Shown here: positions 44,002-53,121 of the stretch, piece after piece
Layout of the letters: the number at the start of each line of letters is the position of its first letter
How positions within the stretch are numbered: position 1 is the stretch's first letter
Source of the DNA: an uncultured Pseudomonadota bacterium
GTDB taxonomy: Bacteria > Pseudomonadota > Gammaproteobacteria > Burkholderiales > SG8-39
Reading direction: 5' to 3'
NCBI GenBank assembly: GCA_903921325.1
Contig: CAIXPL010000016.1
Location: 469,145 to 533,144, forward strand
DNA: 64,000 nucleotides
Notes under the pieces: model-generated
What the model was told of the DNA's origin: nothing
Seen by the model: only the letters and a program-made list of their open reading frames with translations
Database searches by the model: none
Translations under genes and position numbers: made by a program

Positions 44002-44694
44002 ATGAAGATGTACGGATTTTGGCGCTCGCTTGCGAGTTTCCGGGTGCGCATGGCGCTCAATCTCAAAGGCGTGGCCTGCGAGGAGCTGCCCGTCAACCTG
44101 CTCAAGGGCGAGCAAAAGGGCAGCGCATTTCGTGAAGTGAATCCGCAGGCGATGCTGCCCGCGCTCGATATCGGTAGCGGTTCGCCGCTTTTTCAATCGC
44201 TTGCCATTCTCGAGTACCTCGATGAGATCTACCCGACCCCGGCCCTGCTGCCGCAAGGCGCAGCCGCGCGTGCCCGGGTGCGTGGTCTTGCCCTGATTGC
44301 GGCCTGCGAGGCCCATCCGCTGGTGGTGCCGCGGGTGCGTGAATATCTCGAACAGGACTTGAAGCTCGATGAGCCGACGCGGGCCACCTGGCTGCGTCAC
44401 TGGTTGAACGAGGCCAATGATGCACTGGAATTTCATCTGACTCATGATCCTGAGACCGGACGCTTCTGCCACGGTGACACGCCCGGGCTGGCCGATATCT
44501 GCCTGGTGTCGCATGTGGTGGGCTGCGGCTTTTTTCAGTGCGATATGACACCCTATCCGCGGCTGCGCGAGCTCACCGCTCGCGCCTTTGAAATCGATGC
44601 CTTTGCGCGGGCTCATCCGCTCAATCAGCCTGGTGCACCGGCGTCCTTGCCCGGGGCACCGCCACCCCCACCGATTTCGGGAGTGGCACGATGA
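44002..44694 (+). CDS. maiA: maleylacetoacetate isomerase (zeta-class GST)
   Basis: MKMYGFWRSLASFRVRMALNLKG and QSLAILEYLDE motifs, with a GGAGGA Shine-Dalgarno sequence. Confidence 0.8.
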   Translation: MKMYGFWRSLASFRVRMALNLKGVACEELPVNLLKGEQKGSAFREVNPQAMLPALDIGSGSPLFQSLAILEYLDEIYPTPALLPQGAAARARVRGLALIAACEAHPLVVPRVREYLEQDLKLDEPTRATWLRHWLNEANDALEFHLTHDPETGRFCHGDTPGLADICLVSHVVGCGFFQCDMTPYPRLRELTARAFEIDAFARAHPLNQPGAPASLPGAPPPPPISGVAR

Positions 44695-45674
44695 AGGCCG
44701 CCTGGTATGACCGCAGCGGCGCTGCGCGCGACGTGTTGCAGGTGGGCGAGCTGCCCGATCCGCAGGCAGGCCCGGGCGAGGTGCGGGTGCGTATCGCCGC
44801 ATCGGGTATCAACCCGTCGGATGTCAAGCGACGCGCGGCACTCACCGGCCCGCCCACCACTCAGCGCATCATTCCCAATTCCGATGGCGCCGGTGTGATC
44901 GATCAGGTGGGTGAGGGTGTCAAAACCCGCCACCTGGGTGAGCGGGTATGGACCTGGAACGCTCAGTGGCAGCGCCCCAATGGCACCAGCGCGCAATACT
45001 GCGTATTGCCAGAGCGGCTGGTCGCGCCCTTGTATGAGGCCGAGTTTGCCGCCGGCGCCTGTCTGGGCATCCCGGCGATGACCGCACATCAGGCGGTGTT
45101 CTCGCATGGGGATGTGCGCGGGCTCACGGTGCTGGTGAGTGGCGGCGCCGGCGCGGTAGGACACTATGCGGTGCAACTGGCGCACTGGGGTGGGGCGCGG
45201 GTGATTGCCACGGTCAGCACGCCTGAAAAAGCTGCTCTTGCCCGTGCTGCCGGTGCCGATGAGATCATTGACTACAAGACCGAGGATGTGGTGGCGCGGG
45301 TGCTGGAACTCACCGCGGGTGCCGGTGCCGATCGCGTGGTGGAAGTGGACTTCACCGCGAACGTCGCGAGCGATGTGAAACTGCTCAAACCCAATGGCGT
45401 GATCGCCTCCTATGCCTCGTCGGCGCGCGAATGCATGGTGCCCTGGCAGGCACTGATGGTGCGGGGCATCGAGATCGACGGGGTCTATGTGTACACCATG
45501 AAGCCGGCTGAGCGGAATCGTGCGCTGGCCGATCTGGATGCGCTGCTGCGCCGTGGCACATTGATCCATCAGATTGCGGCGCGCTACCCCCTGGAGGAGA
45601 TCGTGGCAGCGCATGAATTGCAGGAGTCGGGCCGCGCGGTGGGCAATGTCATTCTTGAGCCCGCATTTGAATGA
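44691..45674 (+). CDS. NADPH:quinone oxidoreductase / MDR-family zinc-type dehydrogenase
   Basis: GEVRVRIAASGINPSD and VSGGAGAVGHYAVQLA motifs. An ATGA overlap links it to maiA. Confidence 0.8.
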   Translation: MKAAWYDRSGAARDVLQVGELPDPQAGPGEVRVRIAASGINPSDVKRRAALTGPPTTQRIIPNSDGAGVIDQVGEGVKTRHLGERVWTWNAQWQRPNGTSAQYCVLPERLVAPLYEAEFAAGACLGIPAMTAHQAVFSHGDVRGLTVLVSGGAGAVGHYAVQLAHWGGARVIATVSTPEKAALARAAGADEIIDYKTEDVVARVLELTAGAGADRVVEVDFTANVASDVKLLKPNGVIASYASSARECMVPWQALMVRGIEIDGVYVYTMKPAERNRALADLDALLRRGTLIHQIAARYPLEEIVAAHELQESGRAVGNVILEPAFE

Positions 45675-45870
45675 AGTCGGAGTAGGGATCAGGACACGTC
45701 ACGCGTGTGTGATTGGCTTGGCCAGGCGCATGCCATTGAATTTGCCAGGTCGGGTGGACAGGCGCCTGTGATGGGCTGGCGCAGCACGGGTGCGTGAGCA
45801 AGAAAGTGGCATGGACAAGCGCAGGTCATGGCGCTATAAATGACCGACAAAACAAAAACCGGAGACAGGC

Positions 45871-47121
45871 ATGAGCATCGGACGCAGGCAGTTCATTCGT
45901 GCAGGCGGTGCAGCGGGCGGCGCGGCGTTGCTCGCCATGCCAGCGATCACGCGGGCGCAGTCGAGCACGATACGCATTGGTCTGATGACCGTGAAGACCG
46001 GGCCGCTTGCCTCTGGCGGCATCGACATGGAACGTGCTCTGGTGATGTATCTCAAAGAGCGCAACTACATGCTCGCCGGGCGCAAGGTCGAACTGTTTGT
46101 CGGCGACAGCGCCGGGGTGCCTGCCACTGCCCGCACCAAGCTGCAGGAACTGGTCGAGAAGAACAAGATCCATGTGATGATCGGCCCGCTCGATGCGGGC
46201 TCGGCACTGGCTGTGGATGATTACATCCGTGCGCAATCGCTGCCCACGCTCTCGGTGGCCGCGGCCGAGGACATGACCCAGCGCAAACCCAATCCGTGGT
46301 TTGTACGCGGCACATCAACCTCGTCGCAATGCTCGCATGCGATGGCTGACTATTGCACCAAGACGCTCAAATGGAAGCGCATGGCGCTCATTGCCGATGA
46401 CATCGCCTATGGCCATGAAATGCTGGCCGGGTTTCAGCGGGTGTTTGAAGAAAATGGCGGCCGCATTGTCCAGAAGTTCTTCTCACCGCTGGCTGTGCCT
46501 GACTACGGCACCTATCTGGCGCAGTTGAAGACCAATATCGATGGCATCTTCCTGGGCTTTGCCGGATCAAACGGGTTTCGCTACCTGCGGCAATTCAATG
46601 AATACGGCTTGAGCAGCAAGGTGGCAGTGGTCGGTGGTATGACCGCGCTGGATGAGTCGGTGCTACGCAATATGGGCGATGAGGCCCTGGGCATCCTCAC
46701 CGCGTGCTGGTATTCAGCCGAACTGGCCAATCCGCTGAACAAGGCCTTTGCCGCCAACTTCAGGAGTGAATTCAAGTACGACCCGGGGTTCTATGCCGCC
46801 GCCACCTATGTCGAGGGGGCGGTGCTCGAGACGGCGTTGAAAAGCGTGGATGGTCGGATCGAAGACAAGGTCGCGTTCATGAAAGCGCTGCGCGCAACCA
46901 AGGCCTTCACCGTGCGCGGTCCGGTGGCCTTTGATGACCATGGCAATGTGGTCGGTGATGTGTTCATCCGCAAGGTGGAGCGCAAGGAGGGCCGTCTGGT
47001 GAATACCGTGCAGTACACCTACCCGTCGGTGAGTCAGTTCTGGACCTATCCGCCAGCGGAGTTCCTCAAGAACCCGGTGTATTCACGCGACTATCCACCG
47101 GCGCGCAACCTGGAGCCCTGA
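45871..47121 (+). CDS. ABC transporter substrate-binding protein (Leu/Ile/Val-type) with a Tat-like signal
   Basis: MSIGRRQFIRAGGAAGGAALLAMPAITRAQS signal, followed by a type 1 PBP. Confidence 0.85.
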   Translation: MSIGRRQFIRAGGAAGGAALLAMPAITRAQSSTIRIGLMTVKTGPLASGGIDMERALVMYLKERNYMLAGRKVELFVGDSAGVPATARTKLQELVEKNKIHVMIGPLDAGSALAVDDYIRAQSLPTLSVAAAEDMTQRKPNPWFVRGTSTSSQCSHAMADYCTKTLKWKRMALIADDIAYGHEMLAGFQRVFEENGGRIVQKFFSPLAVPDYGTYLAQLKTNIDGIFLGFAGSNGFRYLRQFNEYGLSSKVAVVGGMTALDESVLRNMGDEALGILTACWYSAELANPLNKAFAANFRSEFKYDPGFYAAATYVEGAVLETALKSVDGRIEDKVAFMKALRATKAFTVRGPVAFDDHGNVVGDVFIRKVERKEGRLVNTVQYTYPSVSQFWTYPPAEFLKNPVYSRDYPPARNLEP

Positions 47122-47140
47122 TCAGGTCTGCGGTCGCGCC

Positions 47141-48025
47141 ATGTTTGCCCAGCTTGGCAATGCCAATTTTGTGGTGATCCAGACCTTGAACAGCCTTGCG
47201 CTGGGGGGCTTGCTGTTTTTGCTGGCCGCTGGGTTTTCGCTGATCTTTGGCCTGATGCGCATTGCCAATCTCACCCACGGGTCACTGTTCATGCTCGGGG
47301 CCTATCTGGGGGTGACGCTGCTCTCCCTCGGGGTGCCCAATCTGTGGCTGGCTGCGCTGCTCGCGGGGCTCGCCACAGCGCTCATGGGCGGCTTGTTTGA
47401 ACGGCTGGTGCTGCGGCGACTGCCCGGTAATAGCCAGGGTCAGGTGCTGGTCACCCTTGGGGTGTCCTTTATCGTGGCCGATCTGTGTCTGATGCTCTGG
47501 GGTGGTGACCCGATACCGATTGCCACGCCAGCGTTTCTGCGCGCGCCGCTGCAGGTGGCCGGCTTTGTGTTCCCGACCTATCGGCTGGCGGTCATTGTGC
47601 TGGCGGTCATCGTCGGCATCGGTCTGCATGCCCTCATCGAGCGCACGCGCCTGGGGGCGATGATCCGCGCCGGAGTCGATGATCCGCAGATGGCGCGTGC
47701 GGTGGGTATTCCGGTATCGCGCCTGTTTACCGTGGTGTTTTGCCTGGGCGCCGGCATTGCCGGAGCCGGTGGGGTGATCGGCGGACCGATCCTGTCGGCC
47801 TACGCAGGGTTGGATGCCGACATGCTGCCCCTGGCCCTCATTGTGGTGATCCTCGGTGGGGTGGGAAGTCTCGTTGGGGCATTTGTAGGCAGTTTCATCA
47901 TCGGGTTCATCTACACCTTTGGCACGGCTCTACTGCCTGATCTGGCCTATGTGATCCTGTTCCTGCCGATGATCATTGTGATTGCCTTTCGTCCCACCGG
48001 GCTCTTTGGGCGGATGTCGGCATGA
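47141..48025 (+). CDS. branched-chain amino acid ABC transporter permease (LivH-like)
   Basis: 294 aa, polytopic, LivH-like. Confidence 0.85.
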   Translation: MFAQLGNANFVVIQTLNSLALGGLLFLLAAGFSLIFGLMRIANLTHGSLFMLGAYLGVTLLSLGVPNLWLAALLAGLATALMGGLFERLVLRRLPGNSQGQVLVTLGVSFIVADLCLMLWGGDPIPIATPAFLRAPLQVAGFVFPTYRLAVIVLAVIVGIGLHALIERTRLGAMIRAGVDDPQMARAVGIPVSRLFTVVFCLGAGIAGAGGVIGGPILSAYAGLDADMLPLALIVVILGGVGSLVGAFVGSFIIGFIYTFGTALLPDLAYVILFLPMIIVIAFRPTGLFGRMSA

Positions 48026-48110
48026 GGCGGATGGCACTGGCTGAGGCGGCACGCGCGGGCAGGTGGTCATCGATGATGGTTGCAGGTCGGCTCATGGCAA
48101 GGTGGGTTCG

Positions 48111-49064
48111 GTGACCAGCGCGCGGCGATCAATTGCCATCGGTGTGCTCCTGCTTGTTGCTGCCCTCGTGCCGCTGGTGGCCGGTGACTACTATGTGAAT
48201 CTGTTGAGCCAGATGATGATTGCCGCGCTGCTGGCGGCCAGTCTCAATCTGTTGGTCGGTTATGCGGGGCTCACCTCCCTTGGCCATGCGAGCTTTCTGG
48301 GGGTGGCGGCCTACAGCTCGGCCTGGCTCAATCTGCACTCGGGTCTGGGGCCACTGGCCAGTGCCCCGCTTGCGCTGCTTGGCACGCTGTTGGTGGCTGC
48401 CGTGTTTGGCTGGATTGCGCTACGCGCCAGTGGCCTTGGGTTTCTGATGCTCACCCTGGCTCTGTCGCAAGTGCTCTGGGGACTGGCCTATCGCTGGGTC
48501 GGGGTGACCGAAGGGGACAATGGTCTGCGTGGGCTCACCCGGCCACAGCCTCTCGGACTGGATCTGGACAGCGCGGCAGCCTTTTACTGGATGGCGCTGT
48601 TGGTGGTGACGATTGCCCTTGGCCTGATTGCACTGTTGGTGCGCTCGCCCTTTGGCGCGGCACTGCGTGGCACGCGCGATCAGCCGCGCCGCATGAGCGC
48701 GCTGGGTTATGACGTCTGGCTGATCCGCTGGCTCACCTTTGTGATGGCGGGCTTCTGGGCCGGGGTCGCGGGCGTTTTGTACATCTGGTATCACCAGTAC
48801 ATTCACCCGAGTTCGCTCAGCCTGCAAGCCTCGGCCGAAGTGTTGCTGGCAGTCATCGCCGGGGGCGCGGGCACGCTTGCGGGGCCGGTGGTGGGTGCGG
48901 TGGTGGTGGTGTTTCTGAAGAACTTCGTCTCGTCCTATGTCGAACGCTGGAACATGTTGCTGGGCATCGTATTTCTGCTGATCGTGCTGTTTCTGCCTGA
49001 AGGGTTGGTGCCGGGGGTAAAGCGGTTGCTGACGCGGCTGCGTTCAGGGGCGCTGCGGCCATGA
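48111..49064 (+). CDS. branched-chain amino acid ABC transporter permease (LivM-like)
   Basis: Polytopic. The GTG start at 48111 is preceded by AAGGTGG. The ORF track begins at 48063. Confidence 0.8.
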   Translation: MTSARRSIAIGVLLLVAALVPLVAGDYYVNLLSQMMIAALLAASLNLLVGYAGLTSLGHASFLGVAAYSSAWLNLHSGLGPLASAPLALLGTLLVAAVFGWIALRASGLGFLMLTLALSQVLWGLAYRWVGVTEGDNGLRGLTRPQPLGLDLDSAAAFYWMALLVVTIALGLIALLVRSPFGAALRGTRDQPRRMSALGYDVWLIRWLTFVMAGFWAGVAGVLYIWYHQYIHPSSLSLQASAEVLLAVIAGGAGTLAGPVVGAVVVVFLKNFVSSYVERWNMLLGIVFLLIVLFLPEGLVPGVKRLLTRLRSGALRP

Positions 49065-49155
49065 GCGCGGTTGCGCGGGTGCAATCGATCAAGGGAAATC
49101 GCGCCGCGAAGCCTGCACGCGAAGGTTCGCAGCTGAATTTGAGGGAGGCCAGCGC

Positions 49156-49896
49156 ATGACGAGCGCGCTTGAACTCGCGCACCTGCGTAAAGCCTTTGGC
49201 GGTCTGACCGCCACCGATGATGTGTCGCTTAGCGTTGCGCAGGGCGAGCGCCGTCTGATCATTGGCCCTAACGGGGCAGGCAAGACCACGCTTTTCAATC
49301 TCATCACCGGCGATCTGCGCCTGGACTCAGGCCATGTCCGATTGTTTGGTGAAGATGTGAGCGCGCTGCGCACCGACCAGCGCGCGCAGCGCGGGCTCGC
49401 GCGCACGTTTCAGATCATCACGCTGTTTGCCCGCGACACCCTGGAACACAATCTGGTGCTCTCACTACTGGGCGTGACACGCTCGCGCTGGAATGCGCTC
49501 TCAACCCTGAGCCGGCGCCGGGATTTACGCGAGCGTGCACGCGGCTTGCTCGGGCAGGTCGGGCTTGAGGCGCTGGCCGAGCGCACCGTGGCATCGGTGT
49601 CCTATGGCGAGCGTCGCCGGCTCGAGATTGCCATGGCGCTGGCACAGGCACCGCGTGTGCTGCTGCTGGATGAACCCCTGGCCGGTTTGTCGAAAGAAGA
49701 GCGGGTGACGGTGAGCGCGCTGGTGGCGGCGATTCCGCGCACCACAACAGTAATCCTGATCGAGCACGACATGGATAGCGCACTGGAACTCGCTGACCAG
49801 ATCACGCTCTTGCACTATGGCCGGGTGATTGTGCAGGGCGATCGCGCGCACGTGGTCAACGATCCGCGCACGCGCGAGGTTTATCTTGGCAACTGA
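49156..49896 (+). CDS. ABC transporter ATP-binding protein (LivG-like)
   Basis: Walker A GPNGAGKTT, signature SYGERRRLE and Walker B LLLDEP. Confidence 0.85.
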   Translation: MTSALELAHLRKAFGGLTATDDVSLSVAQGERRLIIGPNGAGKTTLFNLITGDLRLDSGHVRLFGEDVSALRTDQRAQRGLARTFQIITLFARDTLEHNLVLSLLGVTRSRWNALSTLSRRRDLRERARGLLGQVGLEALAERTVASVSYGERRRLEIAMALAQAPRVLLLDEPLAGLSKEERVTVSALVAAIPRTTTVILIEHDMDSALELADQITLLHYGRVIVQGDRAHVVNDPRTREVYLGN

Positions 49897-50599
49897 CGCA
49901 CTCCAGATCAGCGCGATCGACGTGCTCTATGGCGATAGCCATATTTTGCATGAAGTGAGCCTCAGCCTGCGCGAGGGCACGGTGCTGGGCCTCCTGGGTC
50001 GTAATGGCGCTGGCAAGACCACCTCGATCAACGCCATCATCGGTTTTTTGCCACCCCGCGCGGGGGCTATCCTCTTGCACGGTGAGCGCATTGATCATCG
50101 GACACCGGAGGCGATCGCCCGGCTGGGCGTGGGTCTGGTGCCCCAGGGGCGGCGGATATTCCCCAGTCTCTCGGTGCGTGACAATCTGCTGGTCGCGGCG
50201 AACGCGCGAGGCCAATCGCCGCGTTGGCAGTTGCCATCGGTCTATGAGTTGTTTCCGCGATTGCGCGAGCGCGAGCGCCAACTGGGTGGATTGCTCTCGG
50301 GGGGCGAGCAGCAGATGCTCGCGATCGGCCGCGCGCTGATGGGCAACCCGCGGATGTTGCTCCTTGATGAACCCTCCGAGGGCCTCGCGCCCCTGATCGT
50401 CACCGAGTTGGGTCACACCATTGCGCGGCTCAAGGCCGAAGGCTTGTCTATCGTACTGGTCGAGCAGAACCTGACCCTGGCGCTGGGTCTGGCTGATGAT
50501 GTGGTGATACTGAATACCGGGCGAGTCGTTCATCAGGGGCCGGCGGCGGCCTTGCGTTCGAGCGATGCCGTCATCACTCAGCATCTGGGGGTGGTGTAG
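49886..50599 (+). CDS. ABC transporter ATP-binding protein (LivF-like)
   Basis: Walker A GRNGAGKTT, signature LSGGEQQML and Walker B LLLDEP. The TTG start at 49886 gives an 11-nt overlap with the LivG-like gene. Confidence 0.85.
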   Translation: MATDALQISAIDVLYGDSHILHEVSLSLREGTVLGLLGRNGAGKTTSINAIIGFLPPRAGAILLHGERIDHRTPEAIARLGVGLVPQGRRIFPSLSVRDNLLVAANARGQSPRWQLPSVYELFPRLRERERQLGGLLSGGEQQMLAIGRALMGNPRMLLLDEPSEGLAPLIVTELGHTIARLKAEGLSIVLVEQNLTLALGLADDVVILNTGRVVHQGPAAALRSSDAVITQHLGVV

Positions 50600-50730
50600 T
50601 GCGCCCCCAATTCCAATTCGGGCAGACCGGCGATCATCGAGCCTATGCCGGCAGCAAGCGCGGAGGCGAAGGCAGCTCTAGCCTCAATTGGCAGCCTATC
50701 GATAGTCGCAATTGCACCGGGATGGTTAGC

Positions 50731-51456
50731 TCATTTCGCCGTGCCGCTATCGTCGGGATCGTCAGCTGTGAGATCACACACTCGATCAAAAATGATCATC
50801 GCGAGATGCGAGCACGCGATTTTCACGGTGGCCCAGTCATGCCAGCGCGAATCAAGCCCTTTGTATTCGCTCAGTTCAATCTCGTCCAGATCGTAAGGCA
50901 GCGCATTGGCGAGTTGAATTTGCAATTGCTGCAGAGACGATTCGCCACTGGCATTTGGGTACAAGCCGTCAAAGGTCTGCAGCGCACGCGCGACATGGTC
51001 ATCGCCCATGTGATTGGCGAGTGCCACAAAATCAAGGTAATCGCGGGTGGCGTTGCGGTTAAGAATCAACACGCCCTTAATGCGCAGAATCTCCCCTTCG
51101 GTCGGAATGGTGATCCGCTCGCCGTGGAATTCCACGATGGTCGTCTCCAGCGGTTGATCGCGAATCAATTGCCGAACGCCGGTCTCGATGCCATCAAGGC
51201 TACCGAGAATTTGCACGGGACGCCGCACACGGGCCGTTTTCCAGCCCGCGACCGATTCAAGTTCCTGCAAGACCTCATCAAAGCGACCGCGCAGGTCGGT
51301 CAGCACATGATCCGCGTCGCGCGAGAAGCGATGCTCGGCGTGAATGGCCGAGGCGGTTCCGCCCACCAGTACGGCATCGGGCAGCAGGCGCTGAAGGCGT
51401 GCCGCGGAGGACAGCACCCGTTCCCAATCAGGCAGCGGTGCGATGCTCTTTGGCAT
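50731..51456 (-). CDS. AbiEii/AbiGii-like nucleotidyltransferase (putative type IV TA toxin)
   Basis: Minimal NTase motif VGGTASAIHAEHRFSRDADHVL (hGG...DxD). About 241 aa from ATG 51456, in a lower-GC region. Confidence 0.6.
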   Translation of the reverse strand: MPKSIAPLPDWERVLSSAARLQRLLPDAVLVGGTASAIHAEHRFSRDADHVLTDLRGRFDEVLQELESVAGWKTARVRRPVQILGSLDGIETGVRQLIRDQPLETTIVEFHGERITIPTEGEILRIKGVLILNRNATRDYLDFVALANHMGDDHVARALQTFDGLYPNASGESSLQQLQIQLANALPYDLDEIELSEYKGLDSRWHDWATVKIACSHLAMIIFDRVCDLTADDPDDSGTAK

Positions 51457-51664
51457 AGTGCATCCAGAAGTGATGCCGTTGTGCGTACGGGTCCGACACG
51501 TGGGCGCGGCAGATACGCTCGACCTTGTCGAGCAGGGCGCGGTCAGCCAGCACGGCCCGGCGCAACTCGACCCAATCATCCCAGCGCCCGCGCGAGATCA
51601 CATCGTCGATGGCGGCGAGCGTGTAGCGCTGGTGGTTGAGATGGCGGTGGAGCATGACGAGCAA
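51428..51664 (-). CDS. 78-aa protein of unknown function, putative cognate partner of the nucleotidyltransferase
   Basis: Lies immediately upstream of the NTase gene and overlaps it by 29 nt. I could not see a recognisable HTH. Confidence 0.45.
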   Translation of the reverse strand: MLVMLHRHLNHQRYTLAAIDDVISRGRWDDWVELRRAVLADRALLDKVERICRAHVSDPYAQRHHFWMHYAKEHRTAA

Positions 51665-51814
51665 TGAGCCACATTCAAATGGTTAGACGGAACTCTAGCA
51701 GGGTTGTTTGCCCCGGAGCAGTACAGTTTGACGATCTTGAGGCACCATGCGTCGAGCGTGGTTTTTAGAGGGCGGCAGCCCGATTGGACGACTAGCTAAT
51801 AAAGGATCCGCATC

Positions 51815-53110
51815 ATGATGTTCACCTGCTCTCCGGCCTGCGCTGACCCCACGCATCGCCACGCCAATCGCGGCGCCAACGCTGGCGATGACGCCGGCGA
51901 TGACGACCCAATGGACGACATCCGCCACGCCCAATCGCCACGTTCAGCCGCCGCACGCATCAAACCCGCACCTGCGGCCAAGTCCGCACCTGCGGCCAAG
52001 TCCGCACCTGCGGCCAAGTCCGGGGTCAAGGCAAAACCCGCCAGCACCAAGCGCTCAGCCACCATCAAAACCGTGCCGCGGCGCAAAGGCGGCCTCGCGC
52101 GGGTGGACATCCACTGTCATTACTTCAACCCCGAGGTGGGCGCACAGGTCGCATCGCTCAATCCCAATCAGTACGAACCTTCGGTGCAGTTTGCCGATGC
52201 GTTCACGCGCGAGGTCAATGTCGCGCAGATGCGTGATCGTGCGCCCAAGCTCTCCTCGATCGATGTGCGCCTGCGTGATATGGACCGCATGGGCATCGAC
52301 ATCCAGGCAGTCTCACCGGCACCGTTTCAGTACTACTACTGGGCCGAGCCCGATCTGGGCGCAAACCTGGCTGCTCAGGTCAATGACCGCATCGCCAGCA
52401 TCGTGGCCGATCATCCGGATCGCTTTGTGGGCCTGGGCACCGTCCCCCTGCAAAACCCGCAACTGGCGGTGAAGGAGCTCGAGCGCGCCGTCGGTAGCCT
52501 GGGCCTGCGCGGGATCGAGATCTGCACCAATGTGAACGGACTCAATCTCACCGATCCGCAGTTGGGCCTGGAGCCGTTTTTCAGGCGAGTGCAGGAGTTG
52601 GGGGTGGTGCTATTCATGCATCCCAATGGCTTCACGCATGCCGATCGGCTTACCCATCACTATCTCAATAACGTGATCGGTAACCCGCTCGAATCGACCA
52701 TCGCGGTGAGCCACCTGATATTTGACGGGGTGATGGAGCGCAATCCGCGCCTGAAGATCGTGGTGGCGCATTCCGGTGGCTATCTTGCGCATTACTGGGC
52801 GCGCATGGATCACGCTCACCGCGCACGGCCCGATCTGCGCACCGTGATCAGCCGGCGCCCCTCGTCGTATCTGAAGCGCTTTTACTTTGACACCATCACC
52901 TTTGATCCGGACATGCTGCGCCATCTGATCACGCGCTGGGGTGCCGATCACGTGCTGCTCGGTACCGATTACCCCTATGACATGGGCGAGAACGATCCCC
53001 TGGGCCTGATCGCCTCGGTGAAGCGTCTCACCCGCGCTGAGCGAGACGCGATCGAGGGTGGCAACGCGGCCAAGCTGTTGCGCATCAAGCCTGCACAAGT
53101 TCGATCGTAG
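51815..53110 (+). CDS. amidohydrolase-2 family protein with a 96-aa Ala/Lys/Pro-rich N-terminal extension
   Basis: Core starts at VDIHCHYFNPE and contains GTDYPYD. AAGGA lies 8 nt upstream of ATG 51815. The alternative GTG start at 52103 gives a canonical 335 aa. Confidence 0.75.
   Translation: MMFTCSPACADPTHRHANRGANAGDDAGDDDPMDDIRHAQSPRSAAARIKPAPAAKSAPAAKSAPAAKSGVKAKPASTKRSATIKTVPRRKGGLARVDIHCHYFNPEVGAQVASLNPNQYEPSVQFADAFTREVNVAQMRDRAPKLSSIDVRLRDMDRMGIDIQAVSPAPFQYYYWAEPDLGANLAAQVNDRIASIVADHPDRFVGLGTVPLQNPQLAVKELERAVGSLGLRGIEICTNVNGLNLTDPQLGLEPFFRRVQELGVVLFMHPNGFTHADRLTHHYLNNVIGNPLESTIAVSHLIFDGVMERNPRLKIVVAHSGGYLAHYWARMDHAHRARPDLRTVISRRPSSYLKRFYFDTITFDPDMLRHLITRWGADHVLLGTDYPYDMGENDPLGLIASVKRLTRAERDAIEGGNAAKLLRIKPAQVRS
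51968..52021 (+). repeat. three perfect tandem copies of an 18-bp unit (gcacctgcggccaagtcc)
   Basis: In frame with the 51815 ORF, encoding APAAKS three times. Confidence 0.9.
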
Positions 53111-53121
53111 GGAGCGCGCCA

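Noticed and set aside
45807-45822. Sigma-54-like TGGCAT-N-AGC element upstream of the Liv-type binding-protein gene
   Set aside because: The GG-to-GC spacing is one nucleotide short of the -24/-12 consensus, and no enhancer-binding regulator is nearby.
50599-51639. 346-aa plus-strand ORF across the AbiEii region
   Set aside because: The opposite strand carries the NTase motif and the overlapping small partner gene. The plus-strand translation is low-complexity, especially at its C-terminus.
51796-52110. Minus-strand ORF with DLAAGA repeats, and plus-strand ORF 51888-52472 with PHLRPS repeats
   Set aside because: Both are alternative-frame readings of the same 18-bp tandem repeat. Only the 51815 frame has a Shine-Dalgarno sequence and continues into an enzyme domain.
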